A stretch of 64,000 nucleotides of DNA from Octopus vulgaris. Taxonomy: Eukaryota. Below the pieces are notes generated by a model. It had not been told where the DNA came from. It made no database searches and saw nothing but the letters and a program-made list of their open reading frames with translations. Positions 38,345 through 56,299 of the stretch are shown here, piece after piece. Made by a program: the position numbers and the translations under genes. The first letter of the stretch is position 1. Each line of letters begins with the position of its first letter. Location of the stretch: positions 62,558,001-62,622,000 of the forward strand of contig OX597832.1 of the NCBI GenBank assembly GCA_951406725.2, written 5' to 3'.

Positions 38345-38744
38345 GTGTGTGTGTGTGTGTTTATGTGCGTATAGTCTGTGTCTGTGTTTGCATATGTGAA
38401 CGTGGTGTGTGCGCGAACGTCTACACGAGTGTTACTTTATATGTTTTTGTTTCTTTTTTTACATTAGCAGTCAAGACATACAAAAATGAAATTCAAAATG
38501 AAAGCCAAGATGTAAAACAAAAAAATAAAGTAACCAATAAAATTAACCAATGAAATATCGTACGTATATTTAGTTTGTTACGGACGGAAAACTCCACGTG
38601 ACTTAGTTATCATGCCCTATTCAGACGACATTGATTCTAAGCCATCTTACATACACGATATAATTTTTGCTCTTAGTTCCGGAATGGACAAACGCATCAT
38701 TTGAAAACCAAGACTACAAGTAATTATACATTACTGCCAACCAT

Positions 38745-38775
<31 letters not shown>

Positions 38776-39377
38776 TCTATTTATTTATTTATTTATTCAT
38801 CCATTCATTTACTCGTAAGTTTTATTCACTATGTTTATATTTCGACTATTTTTGTTTTCTTTTATACCCTTCTTATTTTTGTGCTGTTTATTATTTTTGC
38901 TTGTGGGTTAGTTGTTAATGTATAATTCTTGTTATTTTTCCGTTTGCTTTTTTTTTCTTTCTCTCTCAATGGATAATGGTCGAAGAAGTAAAGAACGAAA
39001 GAAAGGGAAGACAAATCCTGTCCCTGAGTGGCTTTAATGATCGACCAGACAGTTTACATCTAATTGTTCTCCACTTACGCTGACAACTTGTTAAACAACG
39101 GCTGTCTCCGTTTTCACTTAATGTGTATATATATATAAATACATGGTTAGATATATACACATCTAAACACATGCGTGTGCGTGTGTGTGTGTAATGGCTG
39201 TAGACGTTGATTCCAGAAGCAATCCAGTCACCGTTGAAATCATCATCGCAAGTAAAAAGTGAATGCAATCAATCTCAGATTTTGCTAGAGTGCATTGTAT
39301 ATAACTGATCATCGGTCTCAAGTAAGCGACCATCATACAACTATGAACATTTACAAGCGTGCAAATAAACACACGCT

Positions 39378-39446
<69 letters not shown>

Positions 39447-39614
39447 CGTGTAATAATACAAGTGAATATATTTTATATGGTTAGATTGTTTAGCCTCTAT
39501 TTTTCAGAAAATTTTCACCTGAAAATGTTTTAAAAGAATTTCATTCTTATATTAGAAGTGTATATCTATGTATATATATATATGCAGACAGAGAGAGAGA
39601 GTGAGTGAGTGAGA

Positions 39615-39955
39615 GAGGCGCATGGCTCAGTAGTTAGAGCGTCGGGCTTAAGATCGTGAGGTTGTGATTTTTATTCCCAGACCGCAGACCGGGATCCTTG
39701 TTTTGTTCTTGCGCAAGGCACTTTATTTCACGTTGCCCCAGTTCACTCAGCTGTAGAAATGAGTTGCTATGTCACTGGTGCCAAGTTGTATCGGTCCCTT
39801 TGCCTTTTCCTTCGATAACATCGGTGGCGTGGAGAGGGAAGGCTGGTATGTATGGACGACAGTGGGTCTTCCATAAGCAACATTGCCCGGACTTGTGCCT
39901 GGGAGAATAACTTTCTAGGCGCAATCCCATGGTCATACATGACCGAAGGGGGTCT
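39615..39955 (+). mobile_element. SINE family C, tail type 1
   Basis: Colinear with 13915-14242. Confidence 0.88.
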
Positions 39956-39959
39956 CCTC

Positions 39960-40000
<41 letters not shown>

Positions 40001-40004
<4 letters not shown>

Positions 40005-40116
40005 GGATACAGGCATCCAGCAACAGGACCTCCGTAATGCTATGATGGACCGTGAAGTCTGGCGCAACATGGTAAATTCCATTGTCTCGACCACGGTCGA
40101 ACAATGATGATGGTGA

Positions 40117-40120
<4 letters not shown>
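40001..40120 (+). mobile_element. Extreme 3' end of an RTE-like LINE with (TGA)n tail, in (TA)n
   Basis: Translates RDTGIQQQDLRNAMMDREVWRNMVNSIVSTTVEQ* (the DR..WR motif of RTE C-termini) followed by TGATGATGGTGATGAT. Confidence 0.65.
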
Positions 40121-40194
<74 letters not shown>

Positions 40195-40326
40195 AGACAA
40201 ACATACATACATACATACATATACATGCATGCATACATATATATGTACACATACGTGTGTGTGCGCGCGCATATCCATAAGTTCAGAACAGTGCTTCCCT
40301 TATTTATGTCACGCATATCATATATA

Positions 40327-41254
40327 CGAGTGGCATTTAATCTTCTTCAAAGTAGTCTTCTTCGGAAGCCACACACTTAATCCAGTGCTGTTTCCATTTA
40401 TGGAAAACATTCCTGGAACTCGTTTTCTGGGATAATCAGAAGGTGCGTTGCCATGGTGCAATTGCCACTCACCGGATGCATGCAGTTGTGGCCTTTTCCG
40501 AAGAATACCATCCCGCAAACGCCGTAAAACGTTACGGTGGTACTCCTTGTTTACTGCCTGACAAGGTGATGCATACTCATGATGAGCAATCGCCTTGTAG
40601 CCGTGCTTTCTTCAGTTTCGGAGAGGTTCGGGTCTTCCACTGCGAAGACTAACCCTTTGTTTCGGGATCATAGCCATCGACCCACGATTCATCACCCGTT
40701 ATGACCACTTTCAAAATGTTTTCATCGTTCTTGACACAATCAAAGAGATCTTGTGCAACTGAAAACCGAGTGTATTTATGGTCAGCTGAGTGTATTTATG
40801 CACATCCTCTCATAACTCACAAATGGTGATTCGACGATTTCTACTCACAGCTGCATGCATATCTGTGAAATTTTTCTCAGTTCTGTTGGTTGCGGGCCTC
40901 CCAGAACGTTCGTCAATATCGACATTTTTTCGGCCATCTTGGAAATGTCTGAACCACTCGTACACTTGTTTGCGGCTCATTCACTCCTTTCAATGCACTT
41001 TCTGTAACTTTGCGTAGACCTCCTAGCAGGTACCGCCATAAAAACGTTCTATGTCATGGTTAATGTGATGATCACACGCTACACACCTTCCTTCTATGCA
41101 CTTCTGTAAAGAGCATAAGTGAGCTAGTACGTTAAAATTTAGTGTGCGTGTACAGTAGAGTTCAAGGTCAATGTATTTCAAGCGGCTTCACTCTGGGGTG
41201 TGCTTTAGCTTCGTTACTATAGCAACAGTCTGGTTGTTTATTCATCAGGCCTCG
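40327..41254 (-). mobile_element. Decayed, internally deleted mariner-like transposon
   Basis: Minus-strand ITGDESWVDGYDPETK and LRRLRDGILRKRP..WQLHHGNAP transposase motifs; ends TA|CGAG...CTCG|TA, with the left TIR mostly deleted. Confidence 0.85.
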
Positions 41255-41949
41255 TATACATATATATGTGTATATATACACATATATGCATTTATATATA
41301 CACACACGCATATATATATATATGCATATATACATATATATATATATTCACACACACACACATATGCGCACACACACACACGCACGTTCATCATTCGTTC
41401 ATATATGTATATACATACGCACATGCATATATGTGCGAGTGACACGTGATTCTTCCCTTACCAATGCTTGCATAATAAACACAAGTGAATGTAAAGAAAT
41501 GATATCGAAAACCAAATTCTATTATTCCATTATTTAAGAATACATGACAAATTCTAACCACATTATGTATTATCCTATTTTAATGCATGTAATAGAAATT
41601 CCAAATGGATTCTAAGATATTGTAGGATAAGAAATGCCGTTAAGAATCGGTGGCGGTACCAATAACATTAGTAGTTGCCTCCATAGCTATGGCATTTTCT
41701 ATCGTACTGGCTCCGAGCTCCATTTCGCTATCTCTAAATAATTTTATTTTTTTGTGATAGAGATAATTGTTGTAGTTAGCGACAACACTCTGTGATTAAC
41801 GTGCTTCGTTTGTTTGAATTTTTGTCTGAGTATGACTAGTTATTTCAAAGGATGACCGTCGAACAGAAACCATTATAAAAATCAATCCGTAATATATCGA
41901 GACAGTAAATAGATCCTCAGTCGAGGTATTTTCATTAGTAACAAGAGAA

Positions 41950-42660
41950 ATATTGAGACTGACTTTAATTGTGGAATTGTTAAATCTGCAACTATATTCC
42001 GGAGAATGAACGCTATCTGTTCTTCCAAAAGTGTCAGCCTACGTTCAATGATATCATAGTTCTAACAATAGTTCTTTATGTAAGAGAGACATGGAGGAGC
42101 ACCACGAAATTCGACCTAAAGCTCTATGTGTTCCACCTATTATCCTTCATAAGAATTCTGAGAACCTACTGGCAGGACCACATAACCACCGAAGACATTA
42201 TAAAGAGACCCACATAGCGAAATAATTACAGAATGAAGATTAAAACTACCAAATCTGATACTCCAGTTGACAGAGCAAGGCCATTCTAAAATAGCTTCTT
42301 TCAGATGGACACCACCAGAAGCAGGGAACAAAAATCTACTAAAGATTGTTTGCCACCATGACATGGCAATCTTGGTTTAGGACGAATATAAATTACAGCA
42401 ACATTCATCCTCAACCAGGAATGCCATGTTATATTGGCAAACAGTCTTTATAACAAAGTACTGTTGCTGAATATCTCTCGTTGTGAGATTTAAAAATAGT
42501 AATTTTCTAACAAAAATCTACATTGCATAGAATATTCATGACCGACATGGCAGAGGCCAATATCACACGGCTGGATGTAGAGAAAACAAGAGCCAAAATT
42601 ATTGACCTTTAGTGTCAACTGGCTGCCCTGTGTGTTCAAGAGCACATGAAGAATTGATTG
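41950..42660 (+). mobile_element. Old RTE-like LINE 3' remnant
   Basis: Fragments RILRTYWQDHITTEDIIKR, RWTPP and DMAEANIT..LAALCV resemble RTE C-termini; many stops. Confidence 0.55.
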
Positions 42661-43719
42661 TGACACTAATGCCTAGGTGCCACGTTGCGTTTATATAGAT
42701 AAATATTCCATACAATATGTCAACTAAATGCTCAAGCTGCTACTCTCGGTACAGCTGAAAATGGACACCAGACTAATGTGATAGCCACCTCTGTAACTGT
42801 CACATTCTTGCAGTTCTGCTCGGGTAGCGAGTGGGAGGATAGAAATATTTTCTGTATCTGCTTTCGATGATAATGTTTACTCAAAAAGCTTCACCGACAA
42901 CCACATGTGATGTAGCGAGTTAAATATTGTAGCATTTTTTTGATAAATCTACCAACATATGTTTTTTACAAAACTACACATTCTAACCATTCTAAATACT
43001 TGTTAATTCCTGTTTCGTAAGAAAACAGCTGCTCAAAATGTAATTATCCTAGCTGTTAAACATCAGCTACACTCTCTTCTTTGAGTATCTTTCTAAAAAT
43101 TCATGTTTAGAGACTGAGCTTCCCTGGACTTCTCTCCCTTCATTTCTGAGAACAAATTTTCCTTACCATTATGTTTTACATTAGTCTTCTAACTTCATTC
43201 AATAAAAATTGCATTAATCATCCTTTCACTTGAAGTATGGTAGCCTGTATTCGCTATCATACGTTACTAATGATACTGAACAATGCAAACATTATGACAG
43301 CATTAGGCAACAGAAAAGTTTCTCTGGACCACATAACAGATAATTGTCTTTGACATAGAAACTACTATACAATGCCGGTAACAGGATACGAACCATTGAT
43401 TCATCCTCTTGGAATTTATGTATTCTGTCGAATCGGACATTTTTGGCTTCCATTGTTAAAAGAAACGAGCAATTTCGTAGCCCGAAACAGCCGAGTAATT
43501 TATCTATTTTACATAGCTTCAATATACATCCTTCAGACACATACTGCAATAGAGCTTGTAAGAGACAATCATAAACTCTTAACCGATTTTTCTCAAACAA
43601 TTGTTGTACGATATGTGTTTCTGCAACATTGCTATAGAATAATAATTGCATCCTTTTACTCTTTCAAATAGATGCTAAATACAGACATATTTCTTGACTA
43701 AAAGCAACGGATTCTACTA

Positions 43720-46830
<3,111 letters not shown>

Positions 46831-48434
46831 TTTTATGAGTTTGTGAGTGAGAGTGAGAAAGTGGGTGAGTGAGTGAGTGAGTGAGCGAAGTGTTATATAT
46901 GTTTTTAAGTACGTTTAACAGTTATATAATTTATCCTTCCAAGATATACAGAGATTAAAGAAAGATATTTAAATTGCTTGAATATTCAAAACGTTTAAAA
47001 ACCCGATGGAGTTCGAACATTGAATATTCTGTTGCAATTGCGAGTATTGTTGAAATTTCTTCCCCAAGTTTCACTCTTGAAAATATACCTTTTAATGACA
47101 TTTCCATGTAGTCAGTTGCTCAACGTAAGCGAGTGTAGGAAATGTGTTATGTTTTGTTTATAAATATTAAGACCGTTAGTCCTAGCGAACATTGTTCCAC
47201 ATATGTAGAGTTGTGACAGAACCATATTTGCACTGGTGGAGATGATTATATATGAATGCATCTCGAACAAAAATAGCCACGTATTTTTCCTATTTTACAT
47301 ATATACACCTTTCACATGCAAAATACTGAGGTTTTCGTCTGACATAACATCCCTTGTGGACGTACTGTGTTACAAAATGCATTGTATATCGGACGGTAAT
47401 TCATTTCCCTCAAATATAATTTAAAAAGGCTTTTAATATTTTTTTAAATCCTCGCTAATGCAAATTATAAAGTAATTAATAACTGAAATCAATGATTAGG
47501 ATGATCAATTGGTATTTGAATATTTCATAGTAATGGAAACCATTCCATAAATTTCAAGAATAGATATTAATATACAAGGTAATAGTAGTAACAATCGTTT
47601 TGTATTATTAATCATTTACAATTTGCCTTATTTGGGCTTTAAAAAGAACCTATTTAAAATTCATATCTGGAAATGCTTCATGAAAAATATATATTATGTT
47701 TTAACACGGCACATCTTTTAAAGATTTTATTTAGTATGAAGACAGCATTACCATACGTGTCAAAGAAGTATACACGTTAAGTAGGATATCTGGTCGTCGG
47801 CCGACCGTCAGAGGTCGACGTTGACTGTTTTGTTTAGAAATCACATTTGTCATGTGGATAACAAGGCCTGCTCTTGATCTGCCGTAGCGACGACATCTGC
47901 TGTTAGTGAATTTACGTCTAACAACGGAGAAGTGACGCTTCTCATGTGCACTTTCATTTTGTCACTGTTGTTTCTCCTCAATGGCTGGAATTACGAGGAT
48001 CAGCGATCAGTGCCGTTCATAGCGCCGCAAAGCCTTCTCCTCCCATGTGCCTCGGGCAAATGCTGGAGTTATTCATATGTCTCTTCAGTACATACCTCTA
48101 TCACAACCTGTGCTCTTGCCCAGACGCAGTTCAGTGTTAAAAAAATATCTTTGGGAGCATTTCATGCGTAAACATGTACCACTACGATGAGGTAATGAAG
48201 GCCTCCATGATAAATTCGCAAGCGAAACGCAGCAACTCATCTCAAGTACGATCCTGCCATCTGATATGCAAAATGGAGCGCAGAAGACGAATGGGAACGC
48301 GCAGCGGAGACGCTTGATGTGCATTCCGTGACGTAGAGAGGGTAAGGAATGACTGCAGTACTGTACACCTTTTGTATGTATGTATGTATGTATGTATGTA
48401 TGTATGTATGTATGTATGTATGTATGTATATGTG

Positions 48435-48526
<92 letters not shown>

Positions 48527-48929
48527 TCAAGTATCATAATATTTTGTTCTCCGACTTGAAACGACAATTTATAAGTACAAGCAAATGACTGGAAAATGAT
48601 CAGCTAGCCCCACCCAGAATCGAACCCACAAATCAACCCTAACATGGCTCCATGCGCAAACGTTCACCCATCAATTTCAGCCAAATGTATTTAATATATA
48701 CTTAAACTAATACGACATATAATATTTGTAAACTCTTTGTTTTTGTATTCATAAATTGTCACTTCATATAGGAGAATAAAATATTACTAAGATACATTAT
48801 TATGCAGTTATTATTATACTATGGGCCTTCCATATCAACTTTCTTTCCGTAACTTACAAGGCCTTCTGCGTTTGTTTACATACACATACACACACACACA
48901 CACACATTTATATTTTTTTTTTCCGACCA

Positions 48930-49202
48930 GTCCGTCAGATGTAGTTACACATCGCTGGTCACAATGCGTTCCCATTGTTTTAGCCTTCGAATGACGCCAC
49001 CCAGCTGGCTAAGCGAGCAGGCCAACAGAAGAAAGAGTGGGAGAAAGTGTGGTGAAAGAGTACAGCAGGGATCACCACCCCCTGCCGGAGCCTCGTGTAG
49101 CTTTTAGGTGTTTTCGCTCAATAAACACTCACAACACCCGGTCTGGGAATCGAACCCGCGATCCTACGACCGCGAGTCCGCTGCCCTAAACACTAGGCCT
49201 CC
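48930..49202 (-). mobile_element. SINE family D, tail type 4
   Basis: Minus strand GGAGGCCTAGTGTTTAGGGCAGCGGACTCGCGGTCGTAGGATCGCGGGTTCGATTCCC is a tRNA-like head; body shared with 33570-33748, tail different. Confidence 0.85.
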
Positions 49203-50733
49203 ATATATATATATGTATACGTAAAAAATATATATTATGTCTTAGTGATTTTTTATATACATTAAAAAGTGCGTTGCTCTCTGGGAGATCTTTCTGGTAG
49301 CAGAAAAGGCGAAGCAATTAGCTGACCCCTGATTATAATTATGTTTATAATTATAGAATATTCGTATAATTTTACCTAAAAAGGTTACTTTAACGTACCG
49401 AACTACTCGGTAAAATTATTAAATATTAATTAATTAATTGATTAATCAATTTTACCCTTTTATTATTATTAAATATACATACATACATACATATATATAT
49501 ATATATAACTATCAATACGTATTTTTCAGTATATAAAATAGACTTTGTGAAGAACTTCTTAAATGTTTCTGGAAAATTTCTCATATCGTATCAAAAACTT
49601 TTCCTCAGAGAAGTAATATATGCTTGGTTTGCTTTCCCGATATCTCAATATTAATAATGGTGTCACACAAAGTCATATGCGTGCTGTTTGTGGTGTCGAT
49701 GTTAGCAAAGTATGTGACTGCGCATCGTAGCTAGCCATTTAGATTTAGATAATATATAGTCATATGAAAGTTTTGAGTCTCGATAACAAAGAGCAGACAA
49801 CGAATACTTTCGTATGTAAAGAAATAAAACAGTTTGAAAGTTGAGTCTGTTTAGTGTAGTGGCTGCCCCGACTCCCAAAGCTTATATTAGTTATGTAAAT
49901 GACGAAAGCGTACATATATATACACACACACACACACAAACACACAGGCACACACGCACCCACACACACATATATATATACATACACACGCAAACCAACA
50001 TAACATGTATCCATACACAAAAACGCACTCTTGTATACACATGCCCATCTTCCCCAAAAACACAAACACTCATATATAGACACACAACACCGCTTCAATT
50101 TATATATATATATATATATAATTGTAGGTATATACACATATATATATGCATGTGTGTGTGTGTGTGTGTACTTGTACGTATATATATGTATATACATGCG
50201 CGCGCATATATATGTTTCCATCTATATATAGATACAAAATGTACAAGCAACACGTTCAAATACAAAAACATACACACACTTACACACATACACACACATA
50301 CACACACACATACACGAACTTCGCAAATATTTATAATGTGTATTTCTACATCATTTCCTTTCGGTAAAGAGAATTAAAACAAACAAAAAATTAATAAATG
50401 ACACAAAAAATATTAAAAACACATACACTGGGGTAAAATCTGCAACAAAATACAAGCAAAGTGTTTTAAACAAACAACAAAAAATATATAACAGAAAAAA
50501 AGAAAATCATATTAAATACAATTTACGAAACGATTTTTTTCCCCGAGAATTAGAAAATCATAAATAAGAAAAACTAATTCACTCTCACAATTCTGTATCG
50601 GAGCTAAGACACCATTTTTTTTTCTTTCACTATTATATTATTACTTTTACAAGTTTACGTTGGACTCCTAAAATCACACATTGACAATCATAGACACGCA
50701 ACAATTTTTTTCATGTTATTATTATTATCATTA

Positions 50734-50780
<47 letters not shown>

Positions 50781-50782
50781 GT

Positions 50783-50818
<36 letters not shown>

Positions 50819-50893
50819 AAGTAGTAGTTTCTTCATAATTCATTTTCTTTTTTTAATATTTTCATTCATTTCCACATTCATATAAGTTTTTAC

Positions 50894-50988
<95 letters not shown>

Positions 50989-51133
50989 GTATGTGTATGT
51001 ATGTATATATATGTACATTTATGCATAAATGTATTTATATTTATACATATACATATATACACATTTATTTATACATATATATTACACGCACACACATATA
51101 CATATACACACACAAACATATATATATACACAT

Positions 51134-51167
<34 letters not shown>

Positions 51168-51499
51168 CATTTATTTATTTATTTATTTTTGTTGGGGCGG
51201 ATTTTTTCTTCTGTTCTGTTTTGTACTTTAGTTTCATAAAAAAATAACACAATTTGAATATGATAACGAAGTAAAATATATTTCTGTTATTCCCTTCCAC
51301 GTATTAAAGCAATATCCGCGTATGATATTTAATAGTCGGCAATTGAATATCAAATCGTTTGCGTCTATTTTATTTCATTTTAATAACTGAGTCAGTGGAA
51401 GAAAAGTAGCGCTCATGGCGTTATTCAGGGCCTCCATATCCGCTGAAAGCAACAGAGACCGGACGTGAATGACTGGAACAAATTAGTTTTCTAAGGCTA

Positions 51500-51817
51500 T
51501 AGCAGATCCCACCGTCGTTTACAAGGGTGAATTGTCCAGTTGATCCGACCAACGGAACAGCCTGCTCGTGAAATTAAAGTGCAAATGGTCGAGCACATCA
51601 CGGATACAAGTGTACTATTAACGTAATTCTCAGGGAGATTCTGCGTGACACACCGACAGTGACAAGGCTGGTCCATTGAACCATAAGTACAACACACTTT
51701 TGCCAACTGTGTTGACAAGAGCAACGTCTTGCTCAAGGACACACTGCGCAGCCGCGAATCGAGCTCATCACCATACGATCATAAGCTGAACACACCAACC
51801 GCTAACCCATGCGCCTT
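51500..51817 (-). mobile_element. SINE family C, tail type 2
   Basis: Reverse-complement match to 22370-22693. Confidence 0.8.
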
Positions 51818-51849
51818 CGCCATTCTCTTGAAATCAACTAATGGCAACT

Positions 51850-52150
51850 GATGAATACTTTCTTCTGTAGGTACAGGATGTAAAATCGAAACTTTTTAAT
51901 TCTTCTTCCATTTTTCCACTTTGGTAGAAAGTTCGTACATTTCGTGCACCTTGGCTTTATTACATATCTGACGCTCAGAATTAGGCATTTGAAGCCTCGG
52001 ATATCCATTTGGCTTTCATTAGTGTCTGTCATTGTTGGATCATTTTTATAGTGCAGTCTCCCTGACCTAGGTTTTGCGATTGGCTTCCTTTGTGGTCCCT
52101 ATTGTACTGGGTTAATTTGCTGGTTCAACTTCCAACGATCTTTCTTTTCC
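51850..52150 (-). mobile_element. Possible old LINE 3' remnant
   Basis: Weak protein resemblance (PRSGRL, RG.FKCL..SVR) to GP.LFN.LP..IR LINE tails. Confidence 0.3.
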
Positions 52151-52179
52151 CAGGATTAGGACCAGAATGATAGGATATA

Positions 52180-52396
52180 TGAGAAGGTGCTGAAAAGTTC
52201 CTTACTTTAAGGGTATCGCGAAAGGCCTGACAGGAGGACCAAACTTCCAAGTTCTTTTACAGGGTTTAGAAATACTTAAGGATCACTGCAATTATTGTGT
52301 GAATCTGAGAGGGAAATATGTTGGATAAAATCACAATTAACTGATCCTTCTTCATTTTCTTTTACCCAAAGCCAGGAACTTTTCAGCACCCCCTCG
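52180..52396 (+). mobile_element. Mariner-derived MITE, 217 bp
   Basis: 29-bp TIRs (24/29; CGAGGGGGTGCTGAAAAGTTCCTGGCTTT), TA on both sides, residual transposase tail CVNLRGKYVG*. Confidence 0.85.
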
Positions 52397-52404
52397 TACC
52401 TGCC

Positions 52405-52566
52405 AAGGCCTAAAATATCCTTGGCTAGGGGTTACTCGATTATATCTTCCTAACGTTCGACTGATACATATTTCTGAGCAGAATTTGAACTCAGAACGTA
52501 ATGGGTCGAACGATAGACCGCTAAATATTTGGCCCGATGCGCTAACGGTACTGCCAGTTTGCCGAC
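52405..52566 (-). mobile_element. Decayed SINE family B
   Basis: GAATTTGAACTCAGAACGTA..GCTAACGGTACTGCCAG. Confidence 0.65.
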
Positions 52567-52899
52567 TTAGTTGATGGTCATCATAAATGCGGCAAAATAG
52601 TTATTCATATCCAAATACGGGGTCCAACAGTAAATGTTTATACAATAAAAGTCGTAGTTGCAAAATGCCCTTAACGCCAGGGAGTCTTTAGAACTGAATA
52701 ACCGACATCCGGTAACCTCTAAACATGTTGCGCTGCTGGATTAACAATTCAACGTACACCTACAGTAGCAATACTTGAACACATTCGACTCGCCGTGTCT
52801 GTTGACCCGAGGGATCGCTGAGAGTTTGGGGTCTTAAAATATCGAAGTTTTTCCAGATAATAAGAGTTAAGCAATATTACCATATCAATGTCGGTTTCA

Positions 52900-53088
52900 A
52901 ATTTTGGCACAAGGCCAGCAATTTCGGGAAGGGGGTGCCATAAGTCGATTACATCTATCGCAGTCCTCAACAGGTACATATTTCATCAACCCCGATATCA
53001 TGAAAGGCAAAGTCGACCTCAGCGGAATTTGAACTCAAAACGTACAGACGGACGAAATGCAATTAAGTATTTTGTCCGTCTTCTAAAC
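52900..53088 (-). mobile_element. SINE family B, 5'-truncated
   Basis: TTTTGGCACAAGGCCAGCAATTTCGGG tail, ATGAAAGGCAAAGTCGACCTCAGCGGAATTTGAACTC core. Confidence 0.8.
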
Positions 53089-54598
53089 TAGACAAAATAC
53101 AAAGCCATCTATCGCCTTTGTTCCATAGATGTTCGGATGCACAAACTCACACATATCCTCAGGGTTTCATTTTGGAGTCACTGAGTATTTTGCTTTGCAA
53201 GATACACATTTGTCCGGGCGATATGACTGAGATGCACTGAGACCCAGCCTCTCTCCAGTGAACACGCTAATGACATGTACCAGTCATTCCATTTTAGCCG
53301 AAGTCTTTTAAAAGCCTGTTGCTTCCATACTTTGTCCATGGCACGCTTTCTGCTAACTTCCATAAAGCTCAGTGTTTAGAATACCTTACTATGGAGATGA
53401 CTTGCGATCTTTCTATGCCTATCTCCACCGGAATGCAGTTGGTCTTACATCCGTTCTTCCAGCTATTTTCCACCAGCCACCGTTACTTCACCGCATTCCA
53501 TTCTTAAAATTACCCCACCCCGTTCACCAAGGACACGGTATACCGATATATCAATAATTATAAATAATTTAACCAGAAACTTTATTTGGCAGTGATGAGA
53601 AAAGGAACGAATGAAAAAAAGCGCAGCATTAAATGCCATCTCTTTAGTTGCGTTCCTCTGTGGTTTGAATTCCCCTGACTCTTTCACATCAAACTTATTC
53701 CCGAATCAACAGAGATATTTCCTATTTACACTGCGCATAGTAGGACACCTTGTGAGTGGTCCCAATTCATTAAATTAATTAACGATTCCTTCTAGGTAGC
53801 AAGATAAAACTCCATTGGGACATGAAATTAATATACTCTATTTGTCATCCATGTAGATTTTTTTCCCCTTCAACGATTCACATAGTGACAGAATATTATT
53901 ATCACCACGATATTTTTTTGTCACGAAAGACACTGATTTTCACTTCGTGATGGTACCGTTCCTGCCTTAAATGTATGTAAATTGTTATCTTGGTCTTTGT
54001 TAAGACGTATTTATGCTCGTGGAACTAAATCACAGAATTAAAATGAGGAAAACATTTACGATTCAGATAAGTTGTTTCTATCATCCATTCAACAACTCAA
54101 TAGATGTAATAAATAAATATTTGAAACAGTTGTAACCGTCAGTGATCGTAGCTGTATGGGGCCAAGTGCTGTAACTGCGAGTCCCAGCAGCCACCATTTG
54201 TTGGTAACTTCTACTCCGGCCGGATGACATCTTTGCAACCCTCGCACCTATGGGTCCGTTTGAACAGTCGTTGCTGGAGAGGGTTTTACGAGGTCGGAGT
54301 ACAAATCCTACCGCAATCTCTTTTAGATCCTTTTTGTTATAGGCGAAAAGAAACATTGGGTCTATTCCTTGGCGTGCCCGTCTCCACACAGAAACTATTA
54401 CACTGATGTTGAATCGAGTTGGCAAACGACTTCGTTTCAAGTCATTTCCGTTTCTTAATGTAGTCAACTTTTCAGAAGAAAATCATATAGCCTCTTCAAA
54501 GGAGGATCTATTGTTCAGAAATACATAAGAGATTTTGAGGAGGACCTACTTTTTAAAAAATCGAACTGACATCTAGTGTGTGTGAGTGTGTATACGTT

Positions 54599-54667
<69 letters not shown>

Positions 54668-55122
54668 GTATGTATGTATGTATGTATGTAGAGATGACAC
54701 CGGAAAAGCACAAAGGATATGGTAATGAACTTCATTAGCTTGCAAATGTTTCTGCTATAAGACGCGGTGGACTCTTAGTTGAGTACCTGAATAATATCCC
54801 ATAGCTTCATCAGAACCTGGAATATGAAGTGTACTTTGTTCGTGAAAATTACATTTTCGGAACATACAAGTATCTGAGCGAGAAGGTTTATGTTGATGCC
54901 TAGGAAAAAGAAAAAACAAAACCTTTCCAGTGTCAATTCTTTGTTTATATTATCATTCTATACTTATCAAACTTTGTGTTAGATGAGTACCAGATTGTTA
55001 GACTCGATACGCCTAAGCATTATATATGCATGTATATATGTATATATGTATGTATGTATGTTTATATGTGTGCATATATAAAAATATATATATATAAACG
55101 TATATATACATATATACACAGA

Positions 55123-55393
<271 letters not shown>

Positions 55394-55394
55394 C

Positions 55395-55550
55395 GTGTTT
55401 TCACATAGTTTTCCTCTTCCTAAGGCATTGCCATTGGTATGCGCGGTACTAGTGAAGAAGGCGCCTAACTAAGGTGCTACACACCGAGATTGTACCAGAA
55501 ACCATGGGGGTGCAAAGCGAGCTTCTTAACTAAGCAACCATAGCTGCGCC
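55395..55550 (-). mobile_element. Decayed SINE family A 5' part
   Basis: GCGAGCTTCTTAAC...CCATAGCTGCGCC is the reverse complement of the family A head. Confidence 0.5.
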
Positions 55551-55704
55551 AAATGACAATTCCTTTTTCAGAATAGAAGGACGTGGTCTGATGGTGATTT
55601 GGCTTCTATGTCTAGCAGCATTTTAAATTACATACAGAAGTATTATGTAGTTTACCAGTATTTAATCCCTATTTATGACCAAGTTCCAAACCGATTCGTT
55701 AACC

Positions 55705-55914
55705 ACATTAATCCTTTCACAAGAACTGAAATTTAGGGGGAGTGGGTAAGGCGATTAGATCGACCTCAGTACTCAACTGCTACTTAATTTATTGACCCCG
55801 AAAGGGAGAAAGGCGAAGTCGACCTCGGCGGAATTTGAACTCAGAACGTAGCGGCAGACGAAACACTGCTAAGCTTTTCGCCCGGCGTGCTAACGGTTCT
55901 GCCAGCTCGCCGCC
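55705..55914 (-). mobile_element. SINE family B monomer
   Basis: AGTCGACCTCGGCGGAATTTGAACTCAGAACGTAGCGGCAGACG..CTGCCAGCTCGCCGCC. Confidence 0.9.
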
Positions 55915-56299
55915 TCGTTAACTCCAACATTGATACAAGGTGGATGAAAAGTTACAACGTAACTGTGAACAAGCTCAGCTAACACTGTCTCTGCTCTAAT
56001 ATTGACAGCTGCAAAAAAAGGATTACGAACCAAAAAGAAAGCCCCTTGTTTATCATTAGGTTTGCTAAAAATAATAACAGAATTCCTTCTGGTCTCATCT
56101 TACCTACAAGAAAACTGAAATATACAACAATTATTCGCGACGGAAGTAGTATTAACAGCAACAGGTAATCTTCCTGTCCAGCTTAACGTAGATGTTTAAT
56201 CAGACGCCAAGAACTGTGGTGTTCGCCTTGAGAAGTCTTCTCATATGGACGTATAGTGCTTAGAAGCATACATATTTTTATCGTCTCAAATAATTAATT

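Noticed and set aside
43455-43500. GAGC..GCCC-GAAACAGCCG hammerhead-like half site
   Set aside because: No CUGANGA core and no stem I; too decayed to support.
49130-49202. tRNA-like sequence (also other SINE heads and 48605-48670)
   Set aside because: These run directly into SINE bodies or lack a full acceptor stem and cloverleaf, so they are not tRNA genes.
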